A DNA stretch of 64,000 bases, taken from positions 128,001-192,000 of the forward strand of contig CAVRGP010000011.1 of the NCBI GenBank assembly GCA_963720755.1, written 5' to 3'. The position numbers and the translations under genes are program-made. Under the pieces are notes generated by a model. That model searched no databases, was not told where the DNA came from, and saw nothing but the letters and a program-made list of their open reading frames with translations. Numbering within the stretch: the first letter of the stretch is position 1; each line of letters opens with the position of its first letter. Positions 59,010 to 64,000 of the stretch are shown here, in pieces. The DNA comes from an uncultured Chloroflexia bacterium. GTDB lineage: Bacteria; Chloroflexota; Limnocylindria; Limnocylindrales; CSP1-4.

Positions 59010-60953
59010 ATGGGCAAGATCATCGGCATCGACCTTGGAACGACCAACTCGGTCGTCGCGGTCATGGAGGGCGGCGAGCCGACCGTCATCGCCTCTGCGG
59101 AGGGCGGCCGGACCGTCCCGTCGGTCGTCGCGTTCACCAAGGCCGGTGAGCGTCTCGTCGGCCAGTTGGCCAAGCGCCAGGCGGTGACGAATCCCGCCAA
59201 CACCGTCTATTCCATCAAGCGGTTCATGGGCCGGCGCTGGGACGATCCGGAGGTCAAGCGCAGCAAAGGCCTCGTCCCGTACACCGTCGAGAAGGACGCC
59301 AAGAGCGACGGCGTCGCGGTGAAGCTCGCCGACGGCAAGTCGTACACGCCGCCGGAACTGAGCGCGATGATCCTGCAGAAGCTCAAGACCGACGCCGAGG
59401 CCTACCTGGGCGAGAAGATCACGGACGCGGTCATCACCGTGCCGGCGTACTTCGACGACACCCAGCGCCAGGCGACGAAGGACGCGGGTCGCATCGCGGG
59501 ACTCGACGTCAAGCGGATCATCAATGAGCCGACCGCATCGGCGCTCGCCTACGGGCTCGACAAGAAGGGCGACGAGAAGATCGCCGTCTACGACCTGGGT
59601 GGCGGAACGTTCGACATCTCGATCCTCGAACTCGGCGAGGGTGTCTTCGAGGTCAAGGCCACGAACGGGGATACGCACCTCGGTGGCGACGATTTCGACC
59701 AGCGAGTCATCGACTGGCTGCTGGCCGAGTTCAAGAAGGACCAGGGCATCGACCTCGCCAAGGACCAGCAGGCCCTCCAGCGCCTGAAGGAGGCGGCCGA
59801 GAAGGCCAAGATCGAGCTGAGCTCGACGGCCAGCACGGAGATCAACCTGCCCTACATCACCGCCGACGCGACCGGTCCGAAACACCTGGTCGTGTCGCTC
59901 ACCCGGGCGAAGCTTGAGGACCTCGTCGCCGACCTGGTCCAGAAGACGGCCGGTCCGGTCAAGGCCGCACTCAAAGACGCCGGCCTCAAGCCGGGGGAGA
60001 TCGACGAGGTCATCCTGGTCGGCGGCATGACCCGGATGCCTGCCGTCGTCGAAGCGGTCAAGGCAATGTTCGGGGGCAAGGAGCCCCACAAGGGAGTCAA
60101 CCCGGACGAGGTCGTCGCCATCGGCGCCGCCATCCAGGCCGGCGTCCTGGCCGGCGATGTCAAGGATGTCCTGCTGCTCGACGTGACGCCGTTGTCGCTG
60201 GGCATCGAGACGCTCGGCGGGGTCATGACCAAGCTGATCGAGCGCAACACGACCATCCCGACCTCGAAGTCGCAGACCTTCTCGACCGCGTCGGACTCGC
60301 AATCGCAGGTGGAGATCCATGTCCTCCAGGGCGAGCGTGATTTCGCGGCGGACAACAAGACGCTCGGCCGGTTCATCCTCGATGGGATCCCCCCGGCCCC
60401 GCGCGGGATCCCGCAGATCGAGGTCACCTTCGACATCGACGCCAACGGGATCCTCGATGTGAAGGCCAAGGACCGGGCGACCGGCAAGGAGCAGCAGGTT
60501 CGGATCACCGCGTCGTCGATGCTCGACAAGAGTGCCGTCGACCAGATGGTCCGCGACGCCCAGGAGCATGCCGACGAGGATCGGCAGCGACGCGAGGAGG
60601 TCGAGACCCGCAACCAGGCCGAGGCCCTCACGTTCCAGGCAGAGCGCGCCCTCAAGGATCTCGGTGACCAGGTCTCGTCCGAGGACAAGGTCGAGGTCGA
60701 GAACAGCGTCAGTTCCTTGCGCGAAGCCCTCAAGGGCTCCGACATGGACATCGTCAAGACCGGGATGACTGCCCTGGCGGAGGTCCTCCAGCGGGTTTCG
60801 ACGGCGGCCTACCAGGCAGCCGCGGCGTCGCCAGCAGAGTCCGGCAACGGCACCGCCGAGTCCGATGGGACCGGCGCCGACGAGGGCGCGGCGGGGGACA
60901 CTGACGCCGCCGCCGAGGAAGAAACGGTCGAGGGAGAGTTCAAGGAGGTCTAG
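59010..60953 (+). CDS. dnaK: Chaperone DnaK
   Basis: [29 protein letters not shown]. Confidence 0.98.
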   Translation: MGKIIGIDLGTTNSVVAVMEGGEPTVIASAEGGRTVPSVVAFTKAGERLVGQLAKRQAVTNPANTVYSIKRFMGRRWDDPEVKRSKGLVPYTVEKDAKSDGVAVKLADGKSYTPPELSAMILQKLKTDAEAYLGEKITDAVITVPAYFDDTQRQATKDAGRIAGLDVKRIINEPTASALAYGLDKKGDEKIAVYDLGGGTFDISILELGEGVFEVKATNGDTHLGGDDFDQRVIDWLLAEFKKDQGIDLAKDQQALQRLKEAAEKAKIELSSTASTEINLPYITADATGPKHLVVSLTRAKLEDLVADLVQKTAGPVKAALKDAGLKPGEIDEVILVGGMTRMPAVVEAVKAMFGGKEPHKGVNPDEVVAIGAAIQAGVLAGDVKDVLLLDVTPLSLGIETLGGVMTKLIERNTTIPTSKSQTFSTASDSQSQVEIHVLQGERDFAADNKTLGRFILDGIPPAPRGIPQIEVTFDIDANGILDVKAKDRATGKEQQVRITASSMLDKSAVDQMVRDAQEHADEDRQRREEVETRNQAEALTFQAERALKDLGDQVSSEDKVEVENSVSSLREALKGSDMDIVKTGMTALAEVLQRVSTAAYQAAAASPAESGNGTAESDGTGADEGAAGDTDAAAEEETVEGEFKEV

Positions 60954-61096
60954 GCCTTCGCGAACGACCGGCGCAGACGGCCCGTGGGTGACCGCGGGCC
61001 GTTTCGATTCCGGTCGAGCTTCCGGATCGCCGACACTTCGTGTCATCGCCGCCACGTGCACGCGTGCGGCCGGCCGACGCGCTAGGATGGCCACAT

Positions 61097-61114
61097 ACCG
61101 ACTGGTCGGTCGGT
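61097..61114. promoter_or_regulatory. Palindromic TetR-type operator
   Basis: ACCGAC-TG-GTCGGT(CGGT), just upstream of the TetR start. Confidence 0.6.
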
Positions 61115-61132
61115 TTGTGATCAGGAGCGTAG

Positions 61133-61783
61133 ATGCGCCGAAGCGAGGGGCGGTCAGCGACCCAGGCGGAACGAAGTCGAGCGAGACGGGAGCAGATCCT
61201 CGACGCAGCTTTCCACACGTTCAGTCGGCGCGGCTACCGCGACACCGCGGTCGATGAGATCGCGGCAGCCGCCGAGACGAGCAAAGGCGGCGTCTACTTC
61301 CACTTCCCGACGAAGGAAGCGATCTTCCGCGAGCTTGTCCGCACGACCGCGGACCGTCTCGCCGACAAGGTGGAACGAGCGGTGGCCGAGCAGACCGATC
61401 CCATCGCCCGGGCGGATGCAGCGCTCCGGACCGTCCTCCTGACCTTCGCCGGCCACCGGACCATGGCCCGCTTGCTGTTCGTCGACGCGATGGCCGCCGG
61501 GCGTGTCTTCAATGCCGAGACGAATGCCCTCCACGACCGCTTCGCCGGGATGATCGCCGGGTACCTCGACGAGGCCGTCGAGGCCGGGGCCATCCCGCCC
61601 ATCGATACCGCGCTTACCAGCGTCGCCTGGTTCGGCGCCCTCAACGAGGTCGTCGCCCGGTGGCTGCTCGCCGAGGAGTCCGAGCCCCTCGAGGGCGTCT
61701 ATCCGGCCCTGCGAGCGCTGCTGCTTCGGAGCGTCGGCGTCGATGAGGCCAGCATCGCCGCTGGCCCGAGCCTGCCCGCATGA
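61133..61783 (+). CDS. TetR/AcrR family regulator heading the men operon
   Basis: HTH VDEIAAAAETSKGGVYFHFPTKE; ATGA-coupled to menF. Confidence 0.9.
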   Translation: MRRSEGRSATQAERSRARREQILDAAFHTFSRRGYRDTAVDEIAAAAETSKGGVYFHFPTKEAIFRELVRTTADRLADKVERAVAEQTDPIARADAALRTVLLTFAGHRTMARLLFVDAMAAGRVFNAETNALHDRFAGMIAGYLDEAVEAGAIPPIDTALTSVAWFGALNEVVARWLLAEESEPLEGVYPALRALLLRSVGVDEASIAAGPSLPA

Positions 61784-63246
61784 CCGTCACCCAGCGCGGC
61801 GCCGTGTCCGACCTGCCGACGCCGACCGCGGCACGTCTCCGGGAGGCGCTGGCATCGGCCCAGCGCCTCGATGGACGAGCGCCGCTCGTGAGCGTTTCCA
61901 GCCCGATCCCCGAGGTCGATCCGATCGCGCTGTTCGCAGCAGCCCGGGCGCTCGGCCTCGAGGCGGCACTGTGGCTCCAGCCGTCGAACGACCGCTCCAT
62001 CGTCGGGATCGGCCGGGCATGGGCCGTCGAGTCGGCCGGGGCGGAACGGTTCAGCGACGCCACGACGGCCTGGCGCGCCGTGCTCGCCGACGCCAGCGTG
62101 TCGGGGGCTCCATCGGGTACGGAAGGTGGCCCGACGTTGCTCGGAGCGCTCGGCTTCACAGGCATGGCGCCCGCGGCGGAGGATGCCTGGGGATCCTTCG
62201 GGCCATCGTCGCTCGTCCTGCCGACCTTCACCGTATCCCGATCCGACTCGTCCACGATCCTGACCGTGGCGGCCGGTCCGGATCGGCCCGAAGACCCGGA
62301 TCCGGCCGCCGTCGAGCGAGTCTGGGCGGGGATCGTCCGCGATGCGCGATCCTGGGAGGCCGACGGCGACGTCGCCGGCGAGCCATCGAAGGACGTTGCG
62401 GCGCCGTTGCAGGTCATCGATGAACGGCCGGACCGGGCCGCCTGGGATCGGACGGTCGGACTGTTCGCCGGAGCGGTCGGTCGCGGTCGGATCGACAAGG
62501 TGGTGCTGGCTCGGCGGGTCGTGGCCCGGGCCGCGGCCGACCTCGATATCGCGGCGGCCCTGCGCCACCTTGCCCGGACCGCTCCCGAAAGTACGACCTT
62601 CGCCTTCGTTCGAGGTGGCACGACGTTTCTCGGGGCCACACCAGAGCGCCTCGTTCGGACCACCGGGCGATCGTTCGAGACGGTGGCGATCGCCGGTTCC
62701 ACGGCCCGCGGCGCGGATGCCGACGAGGATCGGCGACTTGCCGCCGCCCTGGCGTCGAGCGAGAAGGACCGCGAGGAGCACGCGGTCGTCGTCGATATGC
62801 TCCGGTCGAGTCTGGCCCCGATCGTCCGCTCGATGGAGGTCGCCGACCAACCCGGGATCCTTCCGCTTCGGCACATCCAGCATCTCGTGACGCCGATCAC
62901 GGGCACGCTGCGCGACGAAGCGGGACTGCTCGCGCTCGGCCAGCGGCTCCATCCCACGCCGGCCGTCGGTGGCGCCCCGCGCGACGTCGCCCTCGGCCTC
63001 ATCCATGAGCACGAAGGATTCGATCGCGGCTGGTATGCGGGACCGATCGGCTGGCTCGGCGCGGATGGCGATGGCGAGCTCGTCGTGGCCCTCCGATGCG
63101 GGCTTGTGCGCGGTCCCGAGCTGACCCTGTTCGCGGGCTGCGGGATCGTCGCGGATTCCGACCCGGCCCGGGAGTGGCAGGAGTCCCGCCTCAAGCTCCG
63201 AACGATGACCGCGGCCTTCGGGGCGCCCCTGGATGGCGACGCGTGA
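61780..63246 (+). CDS. menF: Isochorismate synthase
   Basis: KVVLAR, FLGATPERL, KDREEH, LHPTPAVGG, RGWYAGP, FAGCGIV. Confidence 0.92.
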   Translation: MTVTQRGAVSDLPTPTAARLREALASAQRLDGRAPLVSVSSPIPEVDPIALFAAARALGLEAALWLQPSNDRSIVGIGRAWAVESAGAERFSDATTAWRAVLADASVSGAPSGTEGGPTLLGALGFTGMAPAAEDAWGSFGPSSLVLPTFTVSRSDSSTILTVAAGPDRPEDPDPAAVERVWAGIVRDARSWEADGDVAGEPSKDVAAPLQVIDERPDRAAWDRTVGLFAGAVGRGRIDKVVLARRVVARAAADLDIAAALRHLARTAPESTTFAFVRGGTTFLGATPERLVRTTGRSFETVAIAGSTARGADADEDRRLAAALASSEKDREEHAVVVDMLRSSLAPIVRSMEVADQPGILPLRHIQHLVTPITGTLRDEAGLLALGQRLHPTPAVGGAPRDVALGLIHEHEGFDRGWYAGPIGWLGADGDGELVVALRCGLVRGPELTLFAGCGIVADSDPAREWQESRLKLRTMTAAFGAPLDGDA

Positions 63247-64000
63247 CCGACACAGCCACCCTGCGTGCGATCGCCCAGGAGCTCGTCGACAGCGGTGTGG
63301 CCGATGTCATCGTCTGTCCAGGGTCACGCTCGACGCCGCTCGCGTTGACGGTCCGGGCGCATGCCGGATTGCGCGTCCGAGTTCTCCTCGACGAGCGGGC
63401 CGCGGGGTTCTTCGCCCTGGGTCTTGCGCGGGCGGCGCGGCGGCCGGTCGCCATCGTGGTGACGTCTGGTACGGCCGTCGCGAACCTCCTCCCTGCGGTC
63501 GTCGAGGCATCGCAGGCTCGGGTCCCGCTCATCCTGCTCACCGCCGATCGACCGCCTGAACTGCGCGATCGCGGTGCGCCCCAGACCATCGATCAGGTAC
63601 GGATCTTCAGCGGCCACGTCCGCTGGTTCTGCGAACTGCCGTTGTTCGACGGGGCGCCGGAGACCGAGCGACATGTCCGGTCCGTGATCGGCCGGGCCGT
63701 GGCGATCGCGCGCGGCGGACCGGCCGGACCGGTCCATCTCAATGCCGGGTTCCGCGAGCCGCTCGTCCCGGACACGCCGCTCGGACCGATCGGTCGACGT
63801 GTCGTCGGCGAGGCCCACCCGCCGTCCGACGCGATACCGGACGCGGGCGAGCGAGCCTTCACCGAGGTGGTCCAGGGTCGCCCGGTCCTCGCCCCGGCCG
63901 CGATCGCCGACCTGGCGAGCCGGCTCGCTGGCGTGGAACGCGGACTGATCGTCGCCGGACCCCAGGACGACCCGGCCCTTCCGGCGGCCCTGGCCGGTCT
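63243..64000 (+). CDS. menD: SEPHCHC synthase MenD (partial, runs off right edge)
   Basis: VCPGSRSTPL, DERAAGFFALG, TSGTAVAN, LTADRPPEL, GPVHLN. Confidence 0.95.
   Translation, partial: MTDTATLRAIAQELVDSGVADVIVCPGSRSTPLALTVRAHAGLRVRVLLDERAAGFFALGLARAARRPVAIVVTSGTAVANLLPAVVEASQARVPLILLTADRPPELRDRGAPQTIDQVRIFSGHVRWFCELPLFDGAPETERHVRSVIGRAVAIARGGPAGPVHLNAGFREPLVPDTPLGPIGRRVVGEAHPPSDAIPDAGERAFTEVVQGRPVLAPAAIADLASRLAGVERGLIVAGPQDDPALPAALAG

Overview
High-GC bacterial chromosome segment. Inferred to be Chloroflexota (Limnocylindria-like) or another monoderm Terrabacterium, from GAAC-N4-GTTC SOS boxes, CIRCE/hrcA and many lipoproteins; this is not proven. The housekeeping backbone is comEC-comEA, leuS, two tRNA-Ala, udp, gap-pgk-eno, rpsT, lepA-hemW-hrcA-grpE-dnaK and menF-menD. 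A ~17 kb accessory block (2.2-19.5 kb) lies between leuS and comEA. Its left part is a ~4.7 kb cassette-like island: a lower-GC operon headed by a glutamic-peptidase-like gene, a lipoprotein and an Abi_C-like defence gene, separated and bounded by hairpins ending in a recurring TTA-N8-TTA box that resembles a non-canonical attC. The rest of the block holds two ECF sigma/anti-sigma pairs and beta-propeller lipoproteins with many frameshifts. Further right are an arsR/arsM locus and a split, SOS-box-controlled imuA-imuB-DUF6504 / dnaE2 mutasome, whose DnaE2 carries a ~390 aa repeat-expanded insertion. Other notable genes are an S20 with a histone-H1-like tail and a membrane-anchored lamin-tail/OB-fold protein next to a nucleoside phosphorylase. 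All calls are by eye, without database searches.
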